A DNA stretch of 64,000 nucleotides from Eledone cirrhosa (taxonomy: Eukaryota). A program made the position numbers and the translations under genes. Under the pieces are notes generated by a model. The model worked only from the letters and a program-made list of their open reading frames with translations. It had not been told where the DNA came from and did no database searches. The stretch lies in NCBI GenBank assembly GCA_964016885.1, contig OZ024742.1, positions 7,998,001 to 8,062,000 on the forward strand. The letters run 5' to 3'. Shown in pieces: positions 14,580 to 30,600 of the stretch; position 1 is the stretch's first letter; each line of letters starts with the position of its first letter.

Positions 14580-17500
14580 CACTATGACTCCCTCAGGAGA
14601 CACAGTTACATGTACCTAGGAACGTTCTATATCAATACGGCACCACTATGAATCCCTCAGGAGACGCAGTAACATGTACCTAGGAACGTCTTATATCAAT
14701 ACGGCACCACTATGACTCCCTCAAGAGACACAGTAACATGTACCTAGGAACGTCTTATATCAATACGGCCCCACTATGACTCGCACAGGAGACACAGTAA
14801 CATGTACCTACGAACGTCTTATTTCAATACGGCACCACTATAACTCATTCAGCAGACACAGTAACATGTACCTAGGAACGTCCTATATCAATACGGCACC
14901 ACTATGACTCCCTCAGGAGACACAGTAACATGTACCTAGGAACGTCCTATATCAACACGGCACCACTATGACTCCCTCAGGAGACACAGTAACATGTACC
15001 TAGGAACGTCCTATATCAACACGGCACCACTATGACTCCCTCACGAGACACAGTAACATGTACCTAGGAACGTCTTATATCAATACGGAACCACTATGAC
15101 TCCCTCAGGAGACACAGTTACATGTACCTAGGAACGTCCTATATCAATACGGCACCACTATGACTCCCTCAGGAGACACAGTAACATATACCTAGGGACG
15201 TCTTATATCAATACGGCACCACTATGACTCCCTCAGGAGACACAGTAACATGTACATAGGAACATCCTATATTAATACGGCACCACTATGACACCCTCAT
15301 GAGACACATTAACATGTACATAGGAACTTCTTATATCAATACGGCACTACTATGGCACCCTCAGGACACACAGTAACATGTACCTAGGAACGTCCTATAT
15401 CAATACGGCACCACTATGACTCCCTCAGGAGACACAGTAACATGTACCTAGGAACGTGTTATATCAATACGGCGCCACTGTGACTCCCTCAGGAGACACA
15501 GTAACATGTACCTAGGGACGTCTTATATCAATACGGCACCACTATGAATCCCTCAGGAGACACAGTAACATGTACCTAGGGACGTCTTATATCAATACGG
15601 CACCACTATGACTCCCTCAGGTGACACAGTACCATGTACCTAGGAACCTCTTATATCAATACCACACCACTATGTCTCCCTCAGGAGACAGATAAACATG
15701 TACCTAGGAACGTCTTATATCAATACGGCACCACTATGACTACCTCAGGTGACACAGTAACAAGTACCTTGGAACGTCTTATATCAATACGACACCACTA
15801 TGTCTCCCTCAGGAGACACAGAAACATGTACCTAGGAACGTCTTATATCAATACGGCACCACTATGAATCCCTCAGAAGACACAGTAACATGTACCTAGG
15901 AACGTCTTATATCAATACGGCACCACTATGACTCCCTCGGGTGACACAGTAACATGTACCTAGGAACGTCTTATATCAATACGGCCCCACTATGATTCCC
16001 TGAGGAGACACAGAAACATGTACCTAGGAACGTCTTATATCAATACGGCACCACTATGACTCCCTCAGGAGACACAGTAACATGTACCTAGGAACGTCTT
16101 ATTTCAATACGGCACCACTATAACTCATACAGGAGACACAGTAACATGTACCTAGGAACGTCCTATATCAATACGGCACCACTATGACTCCCTCAGGAGA
16201 CACAGTAACATGTACCTAGGAACGTCCTATTTCAACACGGCACCACTATGACTCCCTCAGGAGACAGTAATATGTAGCTAGGAACGTCTTATATCAATAC
16301 TGCACCTCTATGACTCCCTCAGGAGACACAGTAATATGTACCTAGGAACGTCTTATATCAATACGGCACCACTATGAGTCCCTCGGGAGACACAGTAACA
16401 TGTACCTAGGAACGTCCTATATCAATACTGCACCACTGTGACTCCCTCAGGAGACACAGCAACATGTACCTAGGAACGTCTTATTTCAATACGGCACCAC
16501 TATAACTCATTCAGGAGACACAGTAACATGTACCTAGGAACGTCCTATATCAATACGGCACCACTATGACTCCCTCGTGAGACACATTGACATGTACCTA
16601 GGAACGTCTTATATCAATACGGCACCACTATGAATCCCTCAGGAGACGCAGTAACATGTACCTAGGAACGTCTTATATCAATACGGCACCACTATGACGT
16701 TCCTTGGTACAGTAACATGTACCAAGGAACGTCTTATATCAATACGGCCCCACTATGACTCGCACAGGAGACACAGTAACATGTACCTAGGAACGTCCTA
16801 TATCAATACGGCACCACTATGATTCCCTCAGGAGACACAGTAACATGTACCTAGGAACGTCCTATATCAACACGGCACCACTATGACTCGCTCAGGAGAC
16901 ACAGTAACATGTAACTAGGAACGTCTTATATCAATACGGCACCACTATGACTCCCTCAGGAGACACAGTTACATGTACCTAGGAACGTTCTATATCAATA
17001 CGGCACCACTATGACTCCCTCGTGAGACACATTGACATGTACCTAGGAACGTCTTATATCAATACGGCACCACTATGAATCCCTCAGGAGACTCAGTAAC
17101 ATGTAACTAGGAACGTCTTATATCAATACGGCACCACTATGACTCCCTCAAGAGACATAGTAACATGTACCTAGGAACGTCTTATATCAATACGGCCCCA
17201 CTATCACTCGCACAGGAGACACAGTGACATGTACCTCGGAACGTCTTATTTCAATACGGCACCACTACAACTCATTCAGCAGACACAGTAACATGTACCT
17301 AGGAACGTCCTATATCAATACGGCACCACTATGACTCCCTCAGGAGACACAGTAACATGTACCTAGGAACGTCCTATATCAACACGGCACCACTATGACT
17401 CCCTCACGAGACACAGTAACATGTACCTAGGAACGTCTTATATCAATACGGCACCACTATGACTCCCTCAGGAGACACAGTTACATGTACCTAGGAACGT

Positions 17501-18250
17501 CCTATATCAATACGGCACCACTATGACTCCCTCAGGAGACACAGTAACATGTACCTAGGGACGTCTTATATCAATACGGCACCACTATGACTCCCTCAGG
17601 AGACACAGTAACATGTACATAGGAACGTCCTATATCAATACGGCACCACTATGACACCCTCATGAGACACATTAACATGTACATAGGAACGTCTTATATC
17701 AATACGGCACCACTATGGCACCCTCAGGACACACAGTAACATGGACCTAGGAACGTCTTATATCAATACGGCACCACTATGACTCCCTCAGGAGACACAG
17801 TAACATGTACCTAGGAACGTGTTATATCAATACGGCGCCACTGTGACTCCCTCAGGAGACTCAGTAACATGTACCTAGGGACGTCTTATATCAATACGGC
17901 ACCACTATGAATCCCTCAGGAGACACAGTAACATGTACCTAGGGACGTCTTATATCAATACGGCACCACTATGACTCCCTCAGGTGACACAGTAACATGT
18001 AGCTAGGAACCTCTTATATCAATACCACACCACTATGTCTCCCTCAGGAGACAGATAAACATGAACCTAGGAACGTCTTATATCAATACGGCACCACTAT
18101 GACTACCTCAGGTGACACAGTAACAAGTACCTTGGAACGTCTTATATCAATACGACACCACTATGTCTCCCTCAGGAGACACAGAAACATGTACCTAGGA
18201 ACGTCTTATATCAATACGGCACCACTATGAATCCCTCAGGAGACACAGTA
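14580..18250. repeat. Diverged duplication, ~14.6-15.9 kb vs ~17.0-18.25 kb (offset ~2.36-2.43 kb), with a partial third copy at ~13.3-13.7 kb
   Basis: Shared rare markers in the same order: CATTCAGCAGAC (~13634, ~14846, ~17273), CTATGGCACCC (~15350, ~17713) and CAGATAAAC (~15689, ~18052). Confidence 0.8.
16696..16733. repeat. Perfect 16-bp inverted repeat with 6-nt spacer (templated micro-inversion)
   Basis: GACGTTCCTTGGTACA (16696-16711), then GTAACA, then TGTACCAAGGAACGTC (16718-16733). The arms are exact reverse complements. Confidence 0.96.
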
Positions 18251-21200
18251 ACATGTACCTAGGAACGTCTTATATCAAAACGGCACCAGTATGACTCCCT
18301 CAAGAGACACAGTAACATGTACATAGGAACGTCTTATATCAATACGACACCACTATATATCCCTCAGGAGACACAGAAACATGTACCTAGGAACGTCTTA
18401 TATCAATACGGCCCCACTATGACTCCCTCAGGAGACACAGTAACATGTACCTAGGAACGTCTTATTTCAATACGGCACCACTATAACTCATACAGGAGAC
18501 ACAGTAACATGTACCTAGGAACGTCCTATATCAATACGGCACCACTATGACTCCCTCAGGAGACACAGTAACATGTACCTAGGAACGTCCTATATCAACA
18601 CGGCACCACTATAACTCCCTCAGGAGACACAGTAACATGTACCTAGGAACGTCTTATATCAATACGGCACCACTATGACTCCCTCAGGAGACACAGTAAC
18701 ATTTACATAGGAACGTCTTATATCAATACGGCACCACTATGTCTCCCTCAGGAGACACAGTAACATGTACCTAGCAACATCTTATATCAATACGGCACCA
18801 CTATGATTCCCTGAGGAGACACAGTAAGATGTATCTAGGACCGTCTTATATCGATACTGCACCACTGTGTCTACCTCATGAAACACAGCAACATGTACAT
18901 AGGAAGGTCTTATATCAATACGGCACCACTATGACTCCCTCAGGAGACAGCAATATGTATCTAGGAACGCTTATATCAATACGGCACCACTATGATTCCC
19001 TCAGGAGACACAGTAACATGTACCTAGGAACGTCTTATATCAATACGGCACCACTATGATTCCCTCAGGAGACACAGTAAGATATACCTAGGACCGTCTT
19101 ATATCAATACTGCACCACTGTGACTCCCTCATGTAACACAGCAACATGTACCTAGGAACGTCTTATATCAATATGGCACCACTATGACTCCTTCAGGAGA
19201 CACAGTAACATGTACCTAGGAACGTCCTATATCAATACTGCACCACTGTGACTCCCTCAGGAGACACAGTAACATGTACATAGGAACGTCTTATATCAAT
19301 ACGGCACCACTATGAATCCCTCAGGAGACACAGTAACATGTACCTAGGGACGTCTTATATCAATACGGCACCACTATGACTCCCTCAGGAGACACAGTAA
19401 CATGTACCTAGGAACGTGTTATATCAATACGGCGCCACTGTGACTACCTCTGGAGACACAGTAACATGTACCTAGGGACGTCTTATATCAATACGGCACC
19501 ACTATGAATCCCTCAGGAGACACAGTAACATGTACCTAGGGACGTCTTATATCAATACGGCACCACTATGACTCCCTCAGGTGACACAGTAACATGTACC
19601 TAGGAACCTCTTATATCAATACGACACCACTATGTCTCCCTCAGGAGACAGATAAACATGTACCTAGGAACGTCTTATATCAATACGGCACCACTATGAC
19701 TACGTCAGGTGACACAGTAACAAGTAACTAGGAACGTCTTATATCAATAAGACACCACTATGTCTCCGTCAGGAGACACAGAAACATGTACCTAGGAACG
19801 TCTTATATCAATACGGCACCACTATGAATCCCTCAGGAGACACAGTAACATGTACCTAGGAACGTCTTATATCAATACGGCACCACTATGACTCCCTCAG
19901 GTGACAAAGTAACATGTACCTAGGAACGTCTTATCTCAATACGGCCCCACTATGATTCCCTGAGAAGACACAGTAACATGTACATAGGAACGTGTTATAT
20001 CAATACGGCACCACTATGACTCCCTCATGAGACACATTAACATGTATATAGGAACGTCTTATATCAATACGGCACCACTATGACACCCTCAGGACACACA
20101 GTAACATGTACCTAGGAACGTTTTCTATCAATACGGCACCACTATGTCTCCCTCAGGAGACACAGTAACATGTACCTAGGGACGTCTTATATCAATACAG
20201 CACCACTATAACTCACTTAGGAGACACAGTAACATATACCTAGGACCGGATTATATCAATACTGCACCACTGTGACTCCCTCATGAAACACAGCAACATG
20301 TACCTAGGAACGTCTTATATCAATACCACACAACTATGTCTCCCTCAGGAGACACAGAAACATGTACCTAGGAACGTTTTCTATCAATACGGCACCACTA
20401 TGTCTCCCTCAGGAGACACAGTAACATGTACCTAGGAACGTCCTATATCAACACGGCACCACTATGACTCCCTCAGGAGACACAGTAACATGTACCTAGG
20501 AACCTCTTATATCAATACGACACCACTATGTCTCCCTCAGGAGACAGATAAACATGTACCTAGGAACGTCTTATATCAATACGGCACCACTATGACTACC
20601 TCAGGTGACACAGTAACAAGTACCTAGGAACGTCTTATATCAATACGACATAACTATGTCTCCCTCAGGAGACACAGAAACATGTACCTAGGAACGTCTT
20701 ATATCAATACGGCACCACTATGAATCCCTCAGGAGACACAGTAACATGTACCTAGGAACGTCTTATATCAATACGGCACCACTATGACTCCCTCAGGTGA
20801 CACAGTAACATGTACCTAGGAACGTCTTATATCAATACGGCCCCACTATGATTCCCTGAGGAGACACAGTAACATGTACATAGGAACGTCTTATATCAAT
20901 ACGGCACCACTATGACACCCTCAGGTGACACAGTAACATGTACCTAGGAACGTCTTATATCAATACCACACAACTATGTCTCCCTCAGGAGACACAGAAA
21001 CATGTACCTAGGAACGTTTTCTATCAATACGGCACCACTATGTCTCCCTCAGGAGACACAGTAACATGTACCTAGGAACGTCTTATTTCAATACCGCACC
21101 ACTATGACTACCTCAGGAGACACAGTAACATGTACCTAGGACCGGCTTATATCAATACTGCACCACTGTGACTCCCTCATGAAACACAGCAACATGTACC

Positions 21201-21699
21201 TAGGAACGTCTTATATCAATACGGCACCACTATAACTCCCTCAGGAGACAGTAATATGTACCTAGGACCGTCTTATATCAATACTGCACCTCTATGACTC
21301 CCTCAGGAGACACAGTAATATGTACCTAGGAACGCCTTATATCAATACGGCACCACTATGACTCCACCAGGAGACACAGTAAGATGTACCTAGGACCGTT
21401 TTATATCAATACTGCACCACTGTCACTACCTCATGAAACACAGCAACATGTACATAGGAAGGTCTTATATCAATACGGCACCACTATGACTCCGTCAGGA
21501 GACAGTAATATGTACCTAGGAACGCTTATATCAATACGGCACCACTATGATTCCCTCAGGAGACACAGTAAGATGTACCTAGGACCGTCTTATATCAATA
21601 CTGCACCACTGTGACTCCCTCATGTAACACAGCAACATGTACCTAGGAACGTCTTATATCAATACGGCACCACTATGACTCCCTCAGGAGACACAGTAA

Positions 21700-24600
21700 C
21701 ATGTACCTAGGAACGTCCTATATCAATACTGCACCACTGTGACTCCCTCAGGAGACACAGTAACATGTACCTAGGAACGTCTTATTTCAATACGGCACCA
21801 CTATAACTCATTCAGGAGACACAGTAACATGTACCTAGGAACGTCTTATATCAATACGGCACCACTATGACTCCCTCAAGAGACACAGTAACATGTACAT
21901 AGGAACGTCTTATATCAATACGGCACGACTATGACTCCCTCAGGAGACACAGTAACATGTACCCAGGAACGTCCTATATCAATACTGCACCACTGTGACT
22001 CCCTCAGGAGACACATTGACATGTACCTAGGAACGTCTTATATCAATACGGCACCTCTATGAATCCCTCAGGAGACAAAGTAACATGTACCTAAGAACGT
22101 CTTATATCAATACGGCACCACTATGATTACCCCAGGAGACACAGTAACATGTACCTAGGAACGTCTTATATCAATACGGCACCACTATGACTCCCTCAGG
22201 AGACAGTAATATGTAGCTAGGAACGTCTTATATCAATACTGCACCACTGTGACTCCCTCATGAAACACAGCAACATGTACCTAGGAACGTCTTATATCAA
22301 TACGGCACCACTATGACTCACTCAGGAGACGGTAATATGTACCTAGGACCGTCTTATATCAATACTGCACCACTGTGACTCCCTCATGAAACACAGCAAC
22401 ATGTACATAGGAACTACTTATATCAATACGGCACCACTATGACTCTCTCAGGAGACAGTAATATGTACCTAGGAACGCTTTTATCAATACGGTACCACTA
22501 TGACTCCCTCAGGAGACACAGTAACATGTACCTAGGAACGTCTTATATCAATACGGCACCACTATGACTCCCTCAGGAGACACAGTAACTTGTACCTAGG
22601 AACGTCTTATATCAATACGGCACCACTATAAATCCCTCAGGAGACACAAAAACATGTACCTAGGAACGTCCTATATCAATACGGCACCACTATGACTCCC
22701 TCATGAGACACAGTAACATGTACCTAGGAACGTCTTATATCAATACGGCACCACTATGACTCCCTCATGAGACACAGTAACATCTACCTAGGAACGTCTT
22801 ATATCAATACGGCACCAGTATGACTCCCTCAGGTGACACAGTAACATGTACCTAGGAGCGTCTTATATCAATACTGCACCACTATGACTCCCTCATGAGA
22901 CACAGTAACATGTACCTATGAACGTCTTATATCAATACGGCACCAATATGTCTCCCTCAGGAGACACAGTAACATGTATCTAGGAACGTCTTATATCAAT
23001 ACGGCACCACTATGACTCCCTCAGGAGACACAGTAACATGTACCTAGGAACGTCTTATATCAATACGGCACCGACATGTCTCCCTCAGGAGACACAGTAA
23101 CATGTACCTAGGACGGTCCTATATCAATACGGCACAACTATGAATCCCTCGGGAGACACAGTAACATGTACCTAGTAACGTCTTATATCAATAGCACACC
23201 AGTATGACTCCCTCAGGAGGCACAGTAACATGTACCAAGGAACATCTTATATCAATACGTCACCACTCTGACTCCCTCAGGAGACAAGGTGACATGTACC
23301 TAGGAACATCTTATATCAATACGGCACCACTATGACTCCCTCAGGAGACACAGTAACATGTACCTAGGAATGTCTTATATCAATACGGCACCACTATGAC
23401 TCCCTCAGGAGACACAGTAACATGTACCTAGGAACATCTTATATTAATACGGCACCACTATGACTCCCTCAGGAGACACAGTAACATGTAACTAGGAACG
23501 TCTTATATCAATACGGCACCACTATGACTCCCTCAGGAGACACAGTAACATGTACATAGGAACGTCTTATATCAATACGGCACCACTATGTCTCCCTCAG
23601 GAGACACAGTAACATGTACCTATGAACGTTTTATATCAATATGGCACCACTATGACTCCCTCAGGAGACACAGTAACATGTACCTAGGAACGTCTTATAT
23701 CAATACGGCACCACTATGACTCCCTCAGGAGACACAGTAACATGTACCTAGGAACGTCTTATATCAATACGGCACCACTATGACTCCCTCATGAGACACA
23801 GTAACATCTACCTAGGAACGTCTTATATCAATACGGCACCACTATGACTCCCTCAGGAGACACAATAACATGTACCTAGGAACGTGTTATATCAATACGG
23901 CACCAATATGTCTCCCTCAGGAGACTCAGTAATATGTACCTAGGACGGTCCTATATCAATACGGCACAACTATGACTCCCTCGTGAGACACAGTAACATG
24001 TACCTAGTAACGTCTTATATCGATACCACACCAGTATAACTCCCTCAGGAGGCACAGTAACATGTACCAAGGAACATCTTATATCAATACGTCACCACTA
24101 TGACTCCCTCAGGAGACACAGTAACATGTACCTAGGAACGTCCTATATCAATACTGCACCACTGTGACTCCCTCAGGAGACACAGTAACATGTACCTAGG
24201 AACGTCCTATTTCAATACGTCACCACTATAACTCAGTCAGGAGACACAGTAACATGTACCTAGGAACGTCTTATATCAATACGGCACCACTATGACTCCC
24301 TCAAGAGACACAGTAACATGTACATAGGAACGTCTTATATCAATACGGCACGACTATGACTCCCTCAGGAGACACAGTAACATGTACCTAGGAACGTCCT
24401 ATATCAATACTGCACCACTGTGACTCCCTCAGGAGACACATTGACATGTACCTAGGAACGTCTTATATCAATACGGCACCGCTATGAATCCCTCAGGAGA
24501 CAAAGTAACATGTACCTAGGAACGTCTTATATCAATACGGCACCACTATGATTACCCCAGGAGACACAGTAACATGTACATAGGAACGTCTTATATCAAT

Positions 24601-27600
24601 ACGGCACCACTATGACTCCCTCAGGAGACAGTAATATGTAGCTAGGAACGTCTTATATCAATACTGCACCACTGTGACTCCCTCATGAAACACAGCAACA
24701 TGTACCTAGGAACGTCTTATATCAATACGGCACCACTATGACTCCCTCAGGAGACGGTAATATGTACCTAGGACCGTCTTATATCAATACTGCACCACTG
24801 TGACTCCCTCATGAAACACAGCAACATGTACATAGGAACTACTTATATCAATACGGCACCACTATGACTCTCTCAGGAGACAGTAATATGTACCTAGGAA
24901 CGCTTTTATCAATACGGTACCACTATGACTCCCTCAGGAGACACAGTAACATGTACCTAGGAACGTCTTATATCAATACGGCACCACTATGACTCCCTCA
25001 GGAGACACAGTAACATGTACCTAGGAACGTCTCGTATCAATACGGCACCACTATAAATCCCTCAGGAGACACAATAACATGTACCTAGGAACGTCCTATA
25101 TCAATACGGCACCACTATGACTCCCTCATGAGACACAGTAACATGTACCTAGGAACGTCTTATATCAATACGGCACCACTATGACTCCCTCATGAGACAC
25201 AGTAACATCTACCTAGGAACGTCTTATATCAATACGGCACCAGTATGACTCCCTCAGGTGACACAGTAACATGTACCTAGGAACGTCCTATATCAATACG
25301 GCGCCACTGTGACTCCCTCAGGAGACACAGTAACATCTACCTAGGAACGTCTTATATCAATACGGCACCAGTATGACTCCCTCAGGTGACACAGTAACAT
25401 GTACCTAGGAGCGTCTTATATCAATACTGCACCACTATGACTCCCTCATGAGACACAGTAACATGTACCTATGAACGTCTTATATCAATACGGCACCAAA
25501 ATGTCTCCCTCAGGAGACACAGTAACATGTATCTAGGAACGTCTTATATCAATACGGCACCACTATGACTCCCTCAGGAGACACAGTAACATGTACCTAG
25601 GAACGTCTTATATCAATACGGCACCAACATGTCTCCCTCAGGAGACTCAGTAATATGTACCTAGGACGGTCATATATCAATACGGCACAACTATGAATCC
25701 CTCGGGAGACACAGTAACATGTACCTAGTAACGTCTTATATCAATAGCACACCAGTATGACTCCCTCGGGAGGCACAGTAACATGTACCAAGGAACATCT
25801 TATATCAATACGTCACGACTCTGACTCCCTCAGGAGACAAGGTAACATGTACCTAGGAACATCTTATATCAATACGGCACCACTATGACTCCCTCAGGAG
25901 ACACAGTAACATGTACCTAGGAATGTCTTATATCAATACGGCACCACTATGACTCCCTCAGGAGACGCAGTAACATGTACCTAGGAACATCTTATATTAA
26001 TACGGCACCACTATGACTCCCTCAGGAGACACAGTAACATGTAACTAGGAACGTCTTATATCAATACGGCACCACTATGACTCCCTCAGGAGACACAGTA
26101 ACATGTACATAGGAACGTCTTATATCAATACGGCACCACTATGTCTCCCTCAGGAGACACAGTAACATGTACCTAGGAACGTTTTATATCAATATGGCAC
26201 CACTATGACTCCCTCAGGAGACTCAGTAACATGTACCTAGGAACGTCTTATATCAATACGTCACCACTATGACTCCGTCAGGAGACTCAGTAATATGTAC
26301 CTAGGAACGTCTTATCTCAATACTGCACCACTATGACTCCCTCGGGAGACAAAGTAACATGTACCGAGGAACGTCTTATATCAATACGGCACCACTATGA
26401 TTCCCCAGGAGACACAGTAACATGTACATAGGAACGTCTTATATCGATACGGCACCACTATGACTCCCTCAGGAGACAGTAATATGTACCTAAGAACGTC
26501 TTATATCAATACTGCACCTCTATGACTCCCTCAGGAAACACAGTATTATGTACCTAGGAACGTCTTATATCAATACGGCACCACTATGACTCCCTCAGGA
26601 GACACAGTAAGATGTACATAAGACCGTCTTATATCAATACGGCACCACTATGACTCCCTCATGAGACACTGTAACATGTACCTATGAACGTCTTATATCA
26701 ATACGGCACCACTATGACTCCCTCAGGAGACACAGTAACATGTACCTAGGAACGTCTTATATCAATACGGCACCACTATGACTCCCTCATGAGACACAGT
26801 AACATCTACCTAGGAACGTCTTATATCAATACGGCACCACTATGACTCCCTCAGGAGACACAATAACATGTACCTAGGAACGTGTTATATCAATACGGCA
26901 CCAATATGTCTCCCTCAGGAGACTCAGTAATATGTACCTAGGACGGTCCTATATCAATACGGCACAACTATGACTCCCTCGTGAGACACAGTAACATGTA
27001 CCTAGTAACGTCTTATATCGATACCACACCAGTATAACTCCCTCAGGAGGCACAGTAACATGTACCAAGGAACATCTTATATCAATACATCACCACTCTG
27101 ACTCCCTCAGGAGACACAGTAACATGTATCTAGGAACGTCTTATATCAATACGGCACCACTATGACTCCCTCAGGAGACACAGTAACATGTACCTAGGAA
27201 CGTCTTATATCAATACGGCACCGACATGTCTCCCTCAGGAGACACAGTAACATGTACCTAGGACGGTCCTATATCAATACGGCACAACTATGAATCCCTC
27301 GGGAGACACAGTAACATGTACCTAGTAACGTCTTATATCAATAGCACACCAGTATGACTCCCTCAGGAGGCACAGTAACATGTACCAAGGAACATCTTAT
27401 ATCAATACGTCACCACTCTGACTCCCTCAGGAGACAAGGTAACATGTACCTAGGAACATCTTATATCAATACGGCACCACTATGACTCCCTCAGGAGACA
27501 CAGTAACATGTACCTAGGAATGTCTTATATCAATACGGCACCACTATGACTCCCTCAGGAGACACAGTAACATGTACCTAGGAACATCTTATATTAATAC

Positions 27601-30600
27601 GGCACCACTATGACTCCCTCAGGAGACACAGTAACATGTAACTAGGAACGTCTTATATCAATACGGCACCACTATGACTCCCTCAGGAGACACAGTAACA
27701 TGTACATAGGAACGTCTTATATCAATACGGCACCACTATGTCTCCCTCAGGAGACACAGTAACATGTACCTATGAACGTTTTATATCAATATGGCACCAC
27801 TATGACTCCCTCAGGAGACACAGTAACATGTACCTAGGAACGTCTTATATCAATACGGCACCACTATGACTCCCTCAGGAGACACAGTAACATGTACCTA
27901 GGAACGTCTTATATCAATACGGCACCACTATGACTCCCTCATGAGACACAGTAACATCTACCTAGGAACGTCTTATATCAATACGGCACCACTATGACTC
28001 CCTCAGGAGACACAATAACATGTACCTAGGAACGTGTTATATCAATACGGCACCAATATGTCTCCCTCAGGAGACTCAGTAATATGAACCTAGGACGGTC
28101 CTATATCAATACGGCACAACTATGACTCCCTCGTGAGACACAGTAACATGTACCTAGTAACGTCTTATATCGATACCACACCAGTATAACTCCCTCAGGA
28201 GGCACAGTAACATGTACCAAGGAACATCTTATATCAATACGTCACCACTATGACTCCCTCAGGAGACACAGTAACATGTACCTAGGAACGTCCTATATCA
28301 ATACTGCACCACTGTGACTCCCTCAGGAGACACAGTAACATGTACCTAGGAACGTCCTATTTCAATACGGCACCACTATAACTCAGTCAGGAGACACAGT
28401 AACATGTACCTAGGAACGTCTTATATCAATACGGCACCACTATGACTCCCTCAAGAGACACAGTAACATGTACATAGGAACGTCTTATATCAATACGGCA
28501 CGACTATGACTCCCTCAGGAGACACAGTAACATGTACCTAGGAACGTCCTATATCAATACTGCACCACTGTGACTCCCTCAGGAGACACATTGACATGTA
28601 CCTAGGAACGTCTTATATCAATACGGCACCGCTATGAATCCCTCAGGAGACAAAGTAACATGTACCTAGGAACGTCTTATATCAATACGGCACCACTATG
28701 ATTACCCCAGGAGACACAGTAACATGTACATAGGAACGTCTTATATCAATACGGCACCACTATGACTCCCTCAGGAGACAGTAATATGTAGCTAGGAACG
28801 TCTTATATCAATACTGCACCACTGTGACTCCCTCATGAAACACAGCAACATGTACCTAGGAACGTCTTATATCAATACGGCACCACTATGACTCCCTCAG
28901 GAGACACAGTAACATGTACATAGGAACGTCTTATATCAATACGGCACCACTATGACTCCCTCAGGAGACAGTAATATGTACCTAGGACCGTCTTATATCA
29001 ATACTGCACCACTGTGACTCCCTCATGAAACACAGCAACATGTACATAGGAACTACTTATATCAATACGGCACCACTATGACTCTCTCAGGAGACAGTAA
29101 TATGTACCTAGGAACGCTTTTATCAATACGGTACCACTATGACTCCCTCAGGAGACACAGTAACATGTACCTAGGAACGTCTTATATCAATACGGCACCA
29201 CTATGACTCCCTCAGGAGACACAGTAACATGTACCTAGGAACGTCTCGTATCAATACGGCACCACTATAAATCCCTCAGGAGACACAATAACATGTACCT
29301 AGGAACGTCCTATATCAATACGGCACCACTATGACTCCCTCATGAGACACAGTAACATGTACCTAGGAACGTCTTATATCAATACGGCACCACTATGACT
29401 CCCTCATGAGACACAGTAACATCTACCTAGGAACGTCTTATATCAATACGGCACCAGTATGACTCCCTCAGGTGACACAGTAACATGTACCTAGGAACGT
29501 CCTATATCAATACAGCGCCACTGTGACTCCCTCAGGAGACACAGTAACATCTACCTAGGAACGTCTTATATCAATACGGCACCAGTATGACTCCCTCAGG
29601 TGACACAGTAACATGTACCTAGGAGCGTCTTATATCAATACTGCACCACTATGACTCCCTCATGAGACACAGTAACATGTACCTATGAACGTCTTATATC
29701 AATACGGCACCAATATGTCTCCCTCAGGAGACACAGTAACATGTATCTAGGAACGTCTTATATCAATACGGCACCACTATGACTCCCTCAGGAGACACAG
29801 TAACATGTACCTAGGAACGCCTTATATCAATACGGCACCAACATGTCTCCCTCAGGAGACTCAGTAATATGTACCTAGGACGGTCATATATCAATACGGC
29901 ACAACTATGAATCCCTCGGGAGACACAGTAACATGTACCTAGTAACGTCTTATATCAATAGCACACCAGTATGACTCCCTCAGGAGGTACAGTAACATGT
30001 ACCAAGGAACATCTTATATCAATACGTCACGACTCTGACTCCCTCAGGAGACAAGGTAACATGTACCTAGGAACATCTTATATCAATACGGCACCACTAT
30101 GACTCCCTCAGGAGACACAGTAACATGTACCTAGGAATGTCTTATATCAATACGCCACCACTATGACTCCCTCAGGAGACGCAGTAACATGTACCTAGGA
30201 ACATCTTATATTAATACGGCACCACTATGACTCCCTCAGCAGACACAGTAACATGTAACTAGGAACGTCTTATATCAATACGGCACCACTATGACTCCCT
30301 CAGGAGACACAGTAACATGTACATAGGAACGTCTTATATCAATACGGCACCACTATGTCTCCCTCAGGAGACACAGTAACATGTACCTAGGAACGTTTTA
30401 TATCAATATGGCACCACTATGACTCCTTCAGGAGACTCAGTAACATGTACCTAGGAACGTCTTATATCAATACGTCACCACTATGACTCCGTCAGGAGAC
30501 TCAGGAATATGTACCTAGGAACGTCTTATCTCAATACTGCACCACTATGACTCCCTCGGGAGACAAAGTAACATGTACCGAGGAACGTCTTATATCAATA

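Larger units (their letters stand above)
1..21700. repeat. Left satellite domain: rich in short (61-62 bp) monomers and the TAAGATG/GGACCG/CATGAAAC haplotype
   Basis: Frequent GGAGACAGTAATATG (2-bp deletion), GGAACGCTTAT (1-bp deletion) and the linked set TAAGATG-GGACCG-ACTGCACCACTGTG-CATGAAACACAGCAAC (e.g. 741-810, 2078-2145, 9326-9395, 12117-12185, 21380-21450). The right boundary is approximate. Confidence 0.8.
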
